DNA of 64,000 nt from Felis catus. Lineage: Eukaryota. Shown here piece by piece: positions 25,098 to 39,837 of this stretch. How positions within the stretch are numbered: position 1 is the stretch's first letter; each line of letters opens with the position of its first letter. The notes under the pieces were generated by a model that ran no database searches, had not been told where the DNA came from, and saw only the letters and a program-made list of their open reading frames with translations. Location: contig NC_058368.1 of the NCBI RefSeq assembly GCF_018350175.1, forward strand, positions 27,654,001-27,718,000. The letters are read 5' to 3'. Made by a program: the position numbers and the translations under genes.

Positions 25098-26659
25098 AAT
25101 TCAGGAGAGACACGATAGAAATGTTTTTCACTAATGGTGAGAGGTAAATCTGTAAGATCCAGGAAAGACTAAAAAATACATCTAGAAAAAAAATTTCCTC
25201 AGTAGGGAACAGAATGGATTCATTTCACACTGGTGCAGAAGTAGTAAGACAGAGGTTGAGCCTGGAGGGACGTTATGAGAGTGCTCTAACTTCAGTATCC
25301 AGCATCTGTCTCTTAGAAATCTAGAGCTCTTCATAGACAAGATGAAGGAAGTTCATCTATGGTTCTCCTCCTCAGTTCTAATGCTAAGATATACTTTTTT
25401 ACCAGGCAGTAACACTGGACACCCTAGTAAAGAAAGATTTTTGTCCCCCAGCAGAGGAGCTAGCTACCCAGAGAGGCAAAACAGTTTCCAAAGTTCCCTT
25501 CAGGTTGTCTAGACAGGTTGTCTGTCCTGAACAGAAGGGAGGTATAGATTTAAAGAGGATATTCTGTTGAGGTATATGTTTACCATTTTCTAAAGCTTCC
25601 CTGAGGCTGTATGGTTTGAAATTTCCAGTCTTATCTTCCACTGGTTCACTTTAATGAACCTCAGTCCTAACAAACTACTCAACTGTTTCATGTGTGAATT
25701 TATTCCTTCCTTATAACCTTGTTTAGTCTTTCATCTGTCTAGAAATATTTATATTTGCCTACCAGATATGTCCTGTTCTTAACACTTTAGTCTAAATCTG
25801 CCACAGAATTGGAGAAGTCATTTGTAACACATAATAGACAATGAGCATATATCCAAAGACACGTACAGAATTCCTCCATATTACTAGTAAGGGAGACAAT
25901 CCAACAGAACCATGGGCAAAAGGTCAGGGACTTTATAGAAAAAAATCTAAATGGCTAATAAACATATGAAAAGGTACTCAACTAAAAGAATACCTAGAGG
26001 ATGCTAACAACAAAATGCTGCAGAAATATTAATACCAGCACATAAAGACCTTTGGCCTTTGTGGAACTTCTGTCCGGTGAGGCATCTCAAGCACGAAACA
26101 ACAGTATCTATACTTCCTAGGGTTATTGTGAGGATAAAATGTAATTATGTATGTAAAGGACTTAACACAGTGGGTTGGCACATAGTAAACAGTCAGTAAA
26201 TGTGAACTGCTTTTAATATTATCAATAAAATAACTACTATTAATAGAATATAAGTGGTATAGCAGAAAAAAGAACAGTGTTCTGCAAACACTTAAATTTG
26301 TCTAAGGGAAGATTCATAGAAGTAATTTTTGAGGTAGGCCCTAGAAAATGAGTTGGTCTTCTCTAAATTAAATAATCCAAATTCTCACATTTCAAAAAAC
26401 CATATTTGAAAAATATAGTCTTAAAAAGTTGTGTTATTCTAATTTCACATTTTTATAGATTAATAATTGTGTCACTTTTACTATTTTAACTACTCAAAAT
26501 ACAAATTGTTGCCTCTACAATTCCAAAGAGATTTTCATTTGGAGGTATTTATATCAGAAACATTAAACCATTAGGCATCTGGTCATTTTTCCCTTTAATA
26601 TGTAAATCTAAAATGTTTAACAATATTCAATTGAATTCAACAAATAAGTATTAAGCACT

Positions 26660-27642
26660 CTGCTGTCATTCTTCATTTGTCCTTCTAGATTCATTCTCCA
26701 CCCTTCTCTGACTTGCTCTGTACTTCTGCATCCCCTTATCCACATTATCCAAGTCCTCACTTGCCCACTAGTTTCTGTCTGGGTTTTACCAAAGAGAGGA
26801 AGTTTCAAAAAGAACACCAGGCACAGGTGACGAATCCCAGGAGAGGACTCCAAACACTTCTGCCTGTTGCATCTTGGTATCAAAGTTGCCAAGGAAAACA
26901 TTACACAGTCAAGCACTGAATAATGCTTTACTTACGCGAAAGAAGACAAAGTTCAGCTCCAGCTGTATGCATCAGTCCGTTATGGCTAATGGGTTCCCCC
27001 TCCCCCACCCCCAGTGCTAGCTAACTAAGGGAAATGGGCCTACAAACACCCACCCCTCTGGTGGCGCAACAGAAGGACTCACCCGTCTCCACCCCACACC
27101 ATCCCTGGAGTCTGAAATACTGAAAGCTGAGGGCATATGTGAGAGCCATTGGCTATGCTTCAGCAGAACAAATCCCACAAAGGTGGTAATCCCAGCACAG
27201 GGTATGTGAACTCCTCATCTCTTGGTAGGGAAGTATTCTGAGCCCAGCACCCACTTTTATGTGGCCAAGTGGGATTGATAACTGTGCACAAAAGACCATA
27301 TTCTTAAACAGGAAGCATCAGCAGAAAAGCAAAAGGTGGAAAAAGATAGAAGTAATGGTACAATTTACTTCCTGTTATGTTTCCTTTTCAGCCACAGCTC
27401 CTGTTAAAGAGCTCCTCTTCCATGCCCACGACTCTCATTGGGTTCTGGAACATACATAATTCCCATTCTCTTGCCCCTTTCTCTGGGTGGATAGCAGTCC
27501 CCAACCATTGCTAGCCCCTGGATGATTCATCACCCATTTCTGGTTACCTTAAACCATGCCTACCTCTGCAAATAATCTCTTCATTAAACTATCTTCAAAA
27601 AAAAAAAAACCATCCATTACTGCCAGGACCCTCACTGACACA
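26660..27642 (+). mobile_element. LTR33-like ERVL LTR, apparently split by another ~550-bp LTR-like insert (about 26860-27410)
   Basis: 5' gattcattctccacccttctc and 3' cttcattaaactatcttc...ccaggaccctcactgacaca motifs. Confidence 0.55.
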
Positions 27643-28407
27643 AAAATTACTGTACATCAGTCACTATATTATGCACAACAGACATAGCATGTAGCAAGGC
27701 AAAGGTCCATATCAAATGAGTCCTATGTAGGACCTGAAACGTGATGGGCCTCCAACGTTTAATCTCCCAAAGACCTTTATTTTTACGCTTATTACAACAT
27801 TTACTACACTAGTTTATAGTTAGATGTGCTCTGTCTCCTTTAGCTTTTCTACATACAAAGAACCTTTTAAAAATCTGGTTAAATCTATGGGTCACCCCAG
27901 AAAACCACACATATGTACACACAGCAAATTTTTTATACATAATTTGAAGGGATCCAAAGGTTTCTCTGAAGCCCTTTAGTTCACAAGCCCAACATGAGAA
28001 CCTCCATAAAAAATATATAAATAAATAAGCTCGCTAAGGTCAAAAAGGGTGTATCATTTACCTTCGTGGTCCTAGAGCACATGAGAAGACCTGCCACATA
28101 TATTTCACTTTACATTCATTCAACAATACAAGAAAAGTTTAATAATACAATAATATATCAAAATAATACCAGAAAAATAACACTGATGACAGAGTTAACC
28201 TCTGTTTCTCAAGACTAACTTTATAGAAAGATAAACATGAAAGGCCTTACAACCTTTAAAATCAAAAAGAAACCAAACCCAAATTAGGTAGATCACTGGC
28301 GCAGATAAGAATGTTCAATATATGACCAAAAACTGCAGTCAAATCTTATTTACCCACAGTGAATGGACAAAGCTGTGCACAGCTTTCATCAAAAACTCAT
28401 CTTTCTG

Positions 28408-28876
28408 GGGCACCTAGGTGGCTCAGTCGGTTGAGCGTCCGGCTTCGGCTCAGGTCATGATCTCATGGTTTGTGAGTTTGAGGACAGCGTCAGCCTCTGT
28501 GCTGACAGCTCAGAACCTGGAGCCTGCTTTGGATTCTCCCTCTTTCTTTGTCCATCCTCCACTCACGCTTGGTCTCTCTCTCTCTCAAAAATAAATAAAT
28601 ATTTGGGGCGCCTGGGTGGCGCAGTCGGTTAAGCGTCCGACTTCAGCCAGGTCACGATCTCGCGGTCCGGGAGTTCGAGCCCCGCGTCAGGCTCTGGGCT
28701 GATGGCTCAGAGCCTGGAGCCTGTTTCCGATTCTGTGTCTCCCTCTCTCTCTGCCCCTCCCCCGTTTATGCTCTGTCTCTCTCTGTCCCAAAAATAAATA
28801 AACGTTGAAAAAAAAAAATTCTTTAAAAAAAATAAATAAATAAATAAATAAATAAATAAATATTAAAAAAAAAAAA
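28408..28876 (+). mobile_element. CanSINE with a young cat-type SINE (28605-28860) inserted in its tail
   Basis: Second copy has the young diagnostics gcgcagtc, gggctgatgg, gtttccgattc; outer TSD ctcatctt. Confidence 0.92.
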
Positions 28877-30046
28877 CCAACCTCATCTTCCTTATTGGAA
28901 GAACTATAACTGATTTACCTCTTTAATTATATTTTAATTAATTGATATTAAAATCGTTTACACGATAAACCATTTATAAACCATTTATAAAAAATAAAAA
29001 TATATTATTTGGAAATTGAACTCCACTTGAGATTTTCAAAAAATACCATGTATCTTACACAATCAGATCTTAGACTCTAAAATAAGAACATAGGTCTTTC
29101 TCACAAAGTTTTCTATGGAAATACCAAAACTGTTAGATATAAAGCAATTAAGTTAAAACTTTAACATTAACTGGTCCAAAATAAGAATATGATCAATTTC
29201 CTAGAAAAACACATTTATCTGCTATGTAACAGTTTTTCATGCACTAAAACATCATTGGTATTTTTTTTCAGACACAAATTGAGAGAGCTCTAAGGCAACA
29301 ATAAATTCCCCCAGCCCTCCACATATCTGAATGACGCCAAAGGGGAAAAGAAACTATCTAATTGCAAATGTAGAAAACAGGAAGTACAGGAGATTGAATC
29401 TGAAATCTCAGCAAGTAGTTCACACAGAATTCTTGACAATACCTTTATTCGACTTTAATTTTTAAAAGTAAAATAACATCTAAAACATACTGGGGCGTTT
29501 AAATAGCCCATGGTTCATTTGGCCTAACTCTGTAAATATCAGAGAATTCCATCAACATCTCTAATTTACCACTATTCAAAAAAAATTTCACATACGCTCT
29601 ATCACTATGCTATTTCACATTTACTTAAATTTCAGTATTATATCCTCAGGCTAACAGGATCTAATTTCTTTCTTTTATATAAGCAACATCATATCTGATC
29701 CAGTGTCAAGCACACGATATACTTCAATTTTTATTTTGAATGTGTTTTAAATAATGATTCTTTAAAACTAAATTGCCAGTAACAGAACAACAAAAACGAC
29801 ACTGAAAAGACAATTTAAAAGCAAAATGGTGAATGAGGCACAGCATTACTACCACAAAGACAGTCATTTTCTAACAACTAGGCAATAACCAGGTTAAATG
29901 TCTAAAATTGCTCATGCAACTAGACATGGTACATCTGTGATTTCACAGAAAACTAGAGAAATGTTATTTCTTTGACTTAGGAAAATTACAGTAGGTGCTG
30001 AAAATAGAAGAAATCAGGCACTGTTCTTTAAAAAGAAAGATGTGTA

Positions 30047-30480
30047 GGGGCACCTGGGTGTCTCAGTCGATTGAGCATCCGACTCTTGATTTTGGCTCAG
30101 GTCATGATCTCACGGTTCGTGAGTTCGAGCCCCACATGGGGCTCTGCGCTGAGTGGGAACCTGCCTGGGATCCTCTCTCTCTCTGCCTCTTCCCAGCTTG
30201 TGCTGTCTCTCTCTCTCAAAATAAGTAAACTTAAACAATAAAATAAAAAACTGGGGCACCTGGGTGGCTCAGTCGGTTAAGTGGCCGACTTTGGCTCAGG
30301 TCATGATCTAACAGTCCGTGAGTTCGAGCCCCACATCAGGCTCTGTGTTGACAGCTCGGAGCCTGGAGCCTGTTTCAGATTCTGTGTTTCCTTCTCTCTG
30401 ACCCTCCCCATTCATGCTCTGTCTCTGTCTCAAAAATAAACGTTAAAAATTTTTTTAAAAAATAAAAAAATAAAAAACTG
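30047..30480 (+). mobile_element. Two tandem CanSINEs (30047-30250; 30253-30478)
   Basis: Two heads and tails; aataaaaaactg duplicated. Confidence 0.9.
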
Positions 30481-30809
30481 AAAAGAAATATGTGTATACA
30501 ACTGTACTCTGACTTAGCTACAACTGTCACAGGTGTCATACATACATAGGAGAGATAAGATGGTAAATATGGATGCTATACAAGGATTTTTGTTATTGTT
30601 TTCAGAAATATCCACAAAGCCGCCTTGTACAAGTTTTAGTTTTGAAACATCTTCTCTGAAGATTAAGATGTATATGGGTTTGAAAAGCAGCTATTATTTT
30701 CTAGGTATACAGAAGATCTAAATAAATTCTTAGATACATTTTTCTTTTCTGTACAAAATTAGGCTAGCACATACTTAAAGAAGCTGATCTTTCTATAAAA
30801 ATGTGCACA

Positions 30810-31330
30810 TATAAGAAATACAAATACCATATAATTTAACTTACGTGGAATTTAAGAAAAAAAACGAATGAACCTGGGCAGTGAGCACCTGGATGGCTCA
30901 GTCAGTTAAGTATCTACTTCGGCTCAAGTCATGATCTCCCGGTTCCTGAGTGTGAGCCCAGAGTCAGGCTCTGTGTTGACAGCTCTGTGCTGAGCCTGCT
31001 TTGGATTCTGTGTCTCCCACTCTCTCTCTGCCCCTCCCCTGATTGTGCACTCATGCTTTCTCAAAAAATAAACAAACAAACAAACTTTTAAAAAAATGAA
31101 CATGGGAAAGGAGAGAGGCAAACCAAGAAACAGACTGTTAACTATACAGAACAAACTGAGGGTTACTGGAAGGGAGATGAGCAAGGGGATGGGTTACATA
31201 GGTGATGGGGATTAAGGGCGGCACTTGTGATGAGCACCAGGTGTTGTATGTAAGTGATGAATCACTAAAATCTACACCTGAAACTAATATTACACCATAT
31301 GTTAACTAACTGGAATTTAAATTAAAACTT
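30810..31330 (+). mobile_element. Carnivore L1 3' end with a CanSINE insert (about 30882-31095)
   Basis: acaaataccatataatttaac...gagcaccaggtgttgtatgtaagtgatgaatcacta...gttaactaactggaatttaaa. Confidence 0.85.
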
Positions 31331-33039
31331 GGGGGGAAAATGTTCACCTAAGAAAGAAGTCAGTTACAAGTCAGTTAAAAATTCCACCAACTAATTCTTT
31401 ACAACCGGTCCAGACTAGTGTTTGGGAACAGTGGTCTATATATAAGGAAAACAGAAAATATTCTACTTGCGCCAAATTTGGAAATTCAGCTCTTAACAAT
31501 TTCATTATGGTCACCATGGAAAACAAAGACTATATGTATACACAAAACAAATGTATGTGATATTGGCCAATGGTATTTAATTAAGTCTTAAAAATTCATG
31601 ACAATTTTAGATTATATCTGTGAAAAATGCCACAAAGCGTTTTTCACTTTTCATAAAGTATTACCTTTGACCATACACAAAGTATGAATATTTTAAATTT
31701 TAAAATGTCCAGGCATATGCATAATAGCATATGCAGAAACCAATGAATGGTAACTTCTCAACGAAATCATTGATTGGTTTCAAAATGGTTAGAGAGTTAC
31801 CATAGACAATCTTTTCCCTAGACTGCTAAGCCTGGCTGAAGATAAGTTTTATGTCCACACTAAATGGCATTAGTAGAAAATTATGGCTTCTGATGTCTGC
31901 TGACCTTCAAATCTGTTCAGTATCATCATCATCCTCAACCCAAATTCATACCATGCCTCTTTGCCTTTACTATTCTAAATATTTACTTTTTAAATAAGAC
32001 TTCATTCATGTTTTTCATCCATGCAGCAGGTATGAACTCTCTCAATCTTCCACCCTGATTATCCATACATTCCACTCCTGAATGTATAGATAAACATGGG
32101 CTTCAAAGTTAAACAGGTTCAAAATCCAAACCAACATTTACCAGTTCTGTTACCCTAAGCTGATCTGTCTGGGCCCATTTCCTCATCGATAAAATGGCAA
32201 TGTGAATGCCTACGTCATAGGATGCTCAAAATGATTTATGAGACAAGATTATAAAAACTGACCAGCACACTGTGCAAACAATAGCAGATCTCTGCTAGTC
32301 CTTCTTTACTTTTACTCCTTTCTATTCCTCTCTCCTCAGTCCACCTGGAAAATCCCTACTTATTCCTCAACAAATAGCTTTAAGTCATCTCCCAATGAAG
32401 CTTTCCCCATTCACCTCCTCACCCAAGCAAACCTCTTTAGTGCCCTCACTAGTGCTCTCACGGTATTTAACAGATTATAATACATGATACATTATTAATA
32501 ATGGTTTTATCTGTCTACCTCAACCCCTCCTAAGTAGGGACTGTTTATCTCTTTGCATTTCTAAAATCTAACAAAGTATCCAGTACATAATAGGTTTTCA
32601 AAAACTTGTATAATGAGATAAAAATGACCTTAAGAAGGTTCCCCACTATCCAGATGCCTTTTGGAGTTTGTATGATTTGTATACTACATTGGAGTCTGCT
32701 ACTGAACAGAATTTTATTTGAAATAGGAAAATATAATGGACAAGGACAGTCACATTTAATTAAGAAAATAACACATAATCATGTCTCTAAACATCCTGGA
32801 CCAGATACATACATATCCAAAAGTCTCATGGATGACCAAGAAAATGAAGTAAAAAGTCGTACGTCAGTAAATTTCATTACGTAAGTGAAGATAATCCACA
32901 GGTCCATATAGGAAAACATGAAGAAATGATTGAGTTGTTACACAAAGAAAAATAAAGAAACTCCCAATAAAAGAGTTAGATATTTTTCAAGTAGCTATTT
33001 GGAGGCCATCTCTCATCTCTGACTGGTTGACTGATTTCA

Positions 33040-34420
33040 ATAAATACTCAGTGAGTGCCTACGATATTATATGCCAGTCACAATTCTAAGTCCTGATGAT
33101 TTATCAGACAAAATCCTTATCCTTCTGAAGCTACATTTTAGCACAAGAAATAGACATTAAACAATATAAATCAGGAAAAGAGACAATAGAAAGTGTTATG
33201 TGCTATGGAGAATATTAAGCAGGTAAAGACAAGGATGTGTATTTATATACTGAGAACAGAAAATTTAGATAGAATAAGCAGGGAAAGATTCACTGAAAAC
33301 GTGATTTTTGGAAAAAAACAAAAATAAAACTGAAGGAAGTCAAGAAGCCATGCCAATATTTAAGGAAGATAGATCACTGGGCAGGTGGAACAAGTTTGAA
33401 GGCCCCAAAGCAGGGGTATACCTAGTGTGCCTGAGGAATACCAGAAGGCCAGGGTACACAGAGCAGAACGTGGGAGGGGGAAGGGGGGGGGAGGAAAAGG
33501 TAATGAGATCAGAAGATAACATGGGGAACAGCTCATGTCAGGCCTTAAGGATCAACATAAAAACTTTAACTTCTCTCTGAGTGATAGGAGACTTGATCGT
33601 TTTGAGAAGAGGCCTAACATTATCTTAGTTAGAACTGTAAAATGACCACTAGTTGTCATGTTAAGAATAGAATGTCAAAGCCATAGGTATGGAGATGCGT
33701 TAGGAGCCTATTAAAATATCCAAGAGATAATGGTTGCTGGGACCAAAGTGATTAGTGACGGAGCCGGAGGGGGGCAGGGGTCAGATTCTGGATATACTTT
33801 CAAGATAAAGGCATTAAGATTTGTTGAGAGACTGTATGAAAGAAACCGTGTCTACTGACAGATGAATGGATAAAGAAAATATGTATATATACAAGGGATA
33901 TTACCCACAAAAAAGAAGGAAATTCTAACATTTGCCAACAACGTGGATGGGCCTTAAGGGCATTATGCAAAGTGAAATAAGCCAGACACAGAAAGACAAA
34001 ACTGTAAGATCTCACAGAAGCAGACTAGAACAGTGATTGCCAGGCTGGGGGTAGGAGAAATGGGGGTGATGTTGGTCAAATTTTTAGTTATAAGATGAGT
34101 TAAGTTTTACACTTGACTTTGCTAAGAGTAGGTCTTTGAGTGTCTCACCAGACATATCCACACACACAATGTGAGGTGATGTATGTGTTAATTAGTTTGA
34201 TTGTGGTAATCATTTCACAATGTGTATCAAATTGCATGTATACCTTACATGTAAACAATTTTTATGTGTCAATTATACCTCAATAAAGCTGGGGGGTAAG
34301 AAGAGATGTCAAGGTTATTTGCCTTAAACAACTGGAAAATGGGTTCCCTTTTTGCTGAGAGTAAAGTCTGTGACAGGACTGCAGTCAGAGGAAAGGGAGG
34401 CCATAAGCTCTCTTTTGGTA
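33040..34420. mobile_element. L2 fragment interrupted by an L1M 3' end (about 33845-34292, + strand)
   Basis: L2 cagattctggatatacttt; L1 gatgaatggataaagaaaat...tgtcaattatacctcaataaagctg. Confidence 0.75.
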
Positions 34421-35097
34421 CTTATTTTTCTAAAAGCATGCCATGATAAGTGTAACACATAAAGCCCAACCAAAGCAGTATGTGAATTCATAACAACTGG
34501 AGAGAAAAAAAAAAAAGGTCTCGTCTACGATTGGAAAAGAAGAATGAGCAAGTTGTATCAAAAAACACTCTTTCTTTGTTATCTTGCAGTGACTCTCAAT
34601 TCTCAAGGGTTAATCACAAGCAAATCACTTTCTGCTGAACTCAGAGTTTTATGCTGCCTTATTATTTGGTTCAATTTCTACAAAGAAAGCTCTTTGAATT
34701 TAGACAACATAAGTGGAAAAGAAAAAAGAGAGGAAACAAGAAAGACTGCTGGCAAATCAGTAGAATTTGGGAAAGAAGTATTGCACATTCAGATCAAAAG
34801 AAAGAGAGGAAGAGAATTGACATTCAAGAAAAAATGTCAGTCATGATAAAATGACATTAGGAAGATAATTTTTACAATTACCCTTCCCTAAAATCTTCAA
34901 GCTGACATGAATTTCACAGACTATCATATCTAAATTGGACTAGTCCACATTAATCTACCTGCCTTTACCAGCCATTGTCAAAAGCAAACACTCTTGAACC
35001 TCTCTCAAAATACCAATTCCCCTGAAAATCTTAAATTACGTAAAAAGCGAAGGCAAAACTAACTACATCTGTATTTCCTCCACTTTAAGGTCACTTG

Positions 35098-35255
35098 AGG
35101 GGCGCATGGGTGGCTCAGTCGGTTAAGCATCCAACTTCAGCTCAGGTCATGATCTCGCGGTTCATGGGTTCGAGACTCGCATCCAGCTCTGTGCTGAGAG
35201 CTCAGAGCCTGGAGCCTGCTTCAGATTCTGTGTCTCCCTCTCTCTCTGACCCTCC

Positions 35256-35286
<31 letters not shown>

Positions 35287-35560
35287 AAAAATAAAATAAA
35301 AACATATTTTGCGGCGCCTGGGTGGCTCAGTCAGTTGAGCGTCCGACTTCAGCTCAGGTCATGATCTCGCAGTCTGTAAGTTCGAGCCCTGCATAGGGCT
35401 CTGTGCTGACAGCTTCAGCTCTGTGCTGAAGCCTGTTTCAGATTCTGTGTCTCCCTCTCTCTCTGACCCTCCCCCGTTCATGCTCTGTCTCTCTGTCTCA
35501 AAAATAAATAAACGTTAAAAATAAATAAATAAAAATAAATTAAATAAAACATTAAAAAAA
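35098..35560 (+). mobile_element. Two nested or tandem CanSINEs
   Basis: Heads at about 35098 and 35311; outer TSD ttaaggtcacttga / ttaagtcacttga. Confidence 0.9.
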
Positions 35561-36036
35561 TTTTTTAAGTCACTTGATTTATTTTTAACTATATACAAGC
35601 ATTAATTTATACAAGACTACATAGTAAATCAAAGGGCAAAACAAAAACAAAGCAAAACAATAAAACAAAACAAAGCCAAAAGTCAAACATAGTTAAGAAA
35701 CAAAACTCAGGCATGGTCCAATTGAGTATTTCTCCACTTTCTAATATAATTAAAATCCCCAAACTGAAATCCTTGCTGTAAATAGTGATTTCTTAAGAAC
35801 AGTCTTCAAGTACTATTTTGCATTTCTTCAGTGACCCACTGATGTAAACCTTATCTCCCCTTTTCCTAATAAGATAAGCAGCTTTCTTTTTCACATTCAA
35901 CATAGCTTGTCAAAATCCTGCCCCGGTATCAACCTAGCCCTGGATGCCTCAGAGAGCACAAAGAGCTCCTGGGCTCATCACAGGTTTGCCAAACCAGGCT
36001 GTACATTTGGTTTCATGTCCTTAAACCTAAAGACAC

Positions 36037-36396
36037 TGTGATGGTTCATTTCATATGTCCATTTGGCTACGTCAGTCATTTAAACACTATTGTGTAGGTA
36101 TTTCATACCTGTGGCTAGTGCGTATTATCTTTAAAGAAATTTATCTTTGATAATATTGGTGGGCCTCACACAATCAGCTGAAAGGCACTAAGAACAAAAC
36201 TGAGGTTTCCCTAAGGAAGCAGAAATTCTGCCTCAAGAATAAGCTGCCGTCTGAAAGTTTCCAGCCTGCAGGCCCGCCCTACAAATTTTAGACTTGCCAG
36301 TCCACATAACTATTTACGCCAAATCATCAAAATAAATAAATAGGTAAATAATACATACTACTTGGTTCTGTTTTCTGGAAAATCCTGACTGATACA
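36037..36396 (+). mobile_element. MLT2 (MLT2D-like) ERVL solo LTR
   Basis: tgtgatggtt start; gaaattctgcctcaag; ttggttctgttttctggaaaatcctgactgataca end. Confidence 0.8.
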
Positions 36397-38830
36397 GATT
36401 TCTGCTTTAGGACCAGAAAATAAAGCTTTTAGGCATATGCCCTTGATTCATATATTATTCACTAATTAAATCAACATTTAAACATTTAATCTGGGTGCCT
36501 ACTACAGACCAGACACTGCAGTAGGGATAGAGAAACAGATCAGTAAGTTTCAGTTAGAGAAACTAACCTCACAAAGGTTACAAACTGATTCACAATCTTA
36601 AACCATGCATGCCTTCAAATTTTACTAGTTTGCTTTCATTATTTTATTTATCCATAAGTATATTTAATTCCTTTTAAAACTTACTAGATTTTTAGCTAGA
36701 AATACTTCTTGGATAATAAAGGTATGCCAATACTAGTTGTCAATGATTCTCAAAAGTTGATGCATAGGACACTTCCATTCTTAGGCTCAGATTTTACGTC
36801 AGATTATGGACCACATATAAAGCATGCTCTAGGCTACTTGCAAAAGCACATGGTTGTAAACCCCATCCATTTTCTCGTGTTGCTATATTAATATGTGGGA
36901 ACATCGAAGTTAAGATCCACCGCTTTATACAATTATACTGAGATAACCAGAGCGCTAAGAATAATCTAGTACACATACTTTGCCAGTGTTAACACAGTTC
37001 ATCAATAAATTTTGGAACAAGGATGCACTAACTAAAAACTATTCCATGCGTATAAAATTATAATCATATAGTAATTGGAATTAGAAATTTTGTGAAAACT
37101 TTCACTTTAACACTAGATATAACTTGAGAGGGGAAGACTTCATTTTAATATCTTTATTTCATTTTCGTTGATGTAGTAGGGAGCAATGGAATTGAGAGGC
37201 TGAAAGAGGGCTTTTGCAGATATTTGACAGAGGCTGCCAATAAGAAACCTGTACCTACTCTTACACAGTTTCCGTAGGAGCTGGTCCCAACCCTGTATCC
37301 AGAACACGGCACTTTTTATTAAAATAAGTTCTCTCTCCTCTGAAGCTGCTGGCTGTGAGCAAGGGAGCAGAGGTACCTGAGTCATATCCCCACTACCCTC
37401 ACTGACTCCACTAGTCCCTGCCCTTCTATGTCACCACCCTTCACGAAAAGGTGATATGATCAATCCTTATCCCTAACAGAGAAGAGTGTTGCGAACATGG
37501 CTTTTCAGCTACTAAACAGGAAAGAAGAAAAATGGAACTACTCTAGACAGGCAGCAAGATCAAGTAAACTCTCAAATATGAAAGAAATCAATGTCATTGG
37601 AATCTCCCCTATTCCAACATCAATACCACCTCTCTATCTCCCAGTTTATTTCTCCATTGTGATCCCAGAATTGTCTCCCTTACTAAATCATGAGCCTCTA
37701 GAGAGCAAAAAGTAGGCTTTATTCATCTTTATATTCCCCAAATATAGTATGGGCTAAATAAGCTAGTAGTTAGTTGACAGGATGGATGTATATGGGGACA
37801 GATGGTTAGACAGACAGATGGCCAGCTGATTGAGTACTCTGCTTCTGGGCAATAGATGGCTTCTGAGAAGAGTCCAGATAAAGCTGAAGGACACAGTCAA
37901 GGTTAGGCCAAAGAGGAAAAAGGGAAGGTATAGAGACAAAATAAAGGTTAGAAGCTGGGAAACCTGACTTCTGACTAGGGTTCTGCCCTTAACTCATTGT
38001 GACCTTTGGTCATCCCAAGTGAATGTGTATGTGTGATAGAGGGCAGGGATCATCTATAGAATATATTAAATATCTATAAAATGTTAAATACAGATTAGAC
38101 TAGTTACCTATGGAATATTTTAAACAGATTAGATCAGACAACTCATAAAACATAAAGTCAACCTTCCATCTATTTAACAATATGGAATCATCTCAAGATT
38201 AAGCAGACAGACCAAAAACAGACAAGACTTTTGAAGCAAAATTCTGATCAGAAAGCTAACTCAGAATGATACTGAAAAATAACCACAGCATTTGGAAAAT
38301 ACCTATTAAAAAGTAATAACTATCATAGGCTCTGTATTCTTCCTTTGTAGCTCTTGATGTTAAACACATCAAATCTATAAATACAACTTCTGAAATGTGT
38401 TCTTTGATCTGAAGCTTCAGATATACCTCTTCTCAAAAGCTGGGTCTTCTGGGCACTTCAAGGTTCATTTAGGTCTAAGAGTTACTTTAACTTGTTCATC
38501 ACTGCTATTTAATTTGCTGGCCCTAAATTGATCTCTTTTATGTTTAAGGAGTATCCTCAGTTCTGTTTTCTAAAATTTGGAGGACTGAGACTTTTTTATC
38601 CAATGGATATCCTTTACCATTTTATTCCTGTACTTTTATTAAATTATTTCCATGTCCAATGATGTGCTGAATTAAGAGTTCTAAACTATCCTTGAATTAC
38701 AGTTCTAAACAAATTTTGCCTTTCTTCAAATGAGCTTTCCCTTCCCCACACCTCCACACTCAATACATACTTCTTCCCTCAATACATCTCTTTCTGGCAA
38801 GTTTCCATTTCTCTTTAAAAATGTTTTTTT

Positions 38831-39020
38831 CAACTGAGAACAAACTGAGGGTTGATGGGGGGTGGGAGGGAGGAGAGGGTGGGGGATGGGTATTGAGGAG
38901 GGCACCTTTTGGGATGAGCGCTGGGTGTTGTATGGAAATCAATTTGACAATAAATTTCATATATTGAAAATAAATAAATAAATAAATAAATAAATAAATA
39001 TATATTTAAAAAGGAAAAAA
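38831..39020 (+). mobile_element. Short feline L1 3' end
   Basis: actgagaacaaactgagggttgatgggggg...caatttgacaataaatttcat plus (TAAA)n tail. Confidence 0.88.
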
Positions 39021-39029
39021 ATCAAAATG

Positions 39030-39241
39030 TTTTTTCCATGTTTATTATTTATTTTTGAGAGCAAGAGAGACAGAGCACGAGTGGGGGATGGGCAGAGAGA
39101 GAGAAGACACAGAATCTGAAGCAGCTTCCAGGCTCTGAGCTGTCAGCCCAGAACCTGACGTGGGGTTCGAACCCACAAACTGTAAGATCATGACCTGAGC
39201 CGAAGTCAGACACTTTACTCACTGAGCCACCCAGGCACCCC
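39030..39241 (-). mobile_element. CanSINE whose tail hosts the L1 fragment
   Basis: Outer TSD ctggcaagtttccatttct / ctggaaaatttccatttct. Confidence 0.9.
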
Positions 39242-39610
39242 TGGAAAATTTCCATTTCTATTTGACTGTTTTAAAAGGTACAAGCAGAAATACACAAATT
39301 ATTCCAGATATAGAGACACCATACTTTTTTACAAAAAGATATGTTTCTGTTTTGCTTTATTTCCAACAGCTTCCATAGGGTGTCCAACGTTTTGTTGTCG
39401 TTTCTGACTAATACGGTAAGTCAATGTCACAATCATAGAGCTGAAAGGAATTACAGAAAACATCTAGCATAGAAAAACCCACATTTTATAGAGGAAGACA
39501 CTGATGTCCTAAAAAGTGACATTCCTTGTCCAAGGTTTAGCATTGGTCATTAGTGTCTGCACCTGGACTAAAATACAAGTATCCTAATTCCAGACCAGAC
39601 CCTATGTCTT

Positions 39611-39837
39611 TTTTTTTTTTTTTAATTTTTTTTTCAATGTTTATTTATTTTTGGGACAGAGAGAGACAGAGCATGAACGGGGGAGGGGCAGAGAGAGAGG
39701 GAGACACAGAATCGGAAACAGGCTCCAGGCTCCGAGCCATCAGCCCAGAGCCGGACGCGGGGCTCAAACTCACGGACCGCGAGATCGTGACCTGGCTGAA
39801 GTCGGACGCTTAACCGACTGCGCCACCCAGGCGCCCC
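39611..39837 (-). mobile_element. Young cat-type CanSINE
   Basis: Intact CpGs; TSD agaccctatgtctt. Confidence 0.95.
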
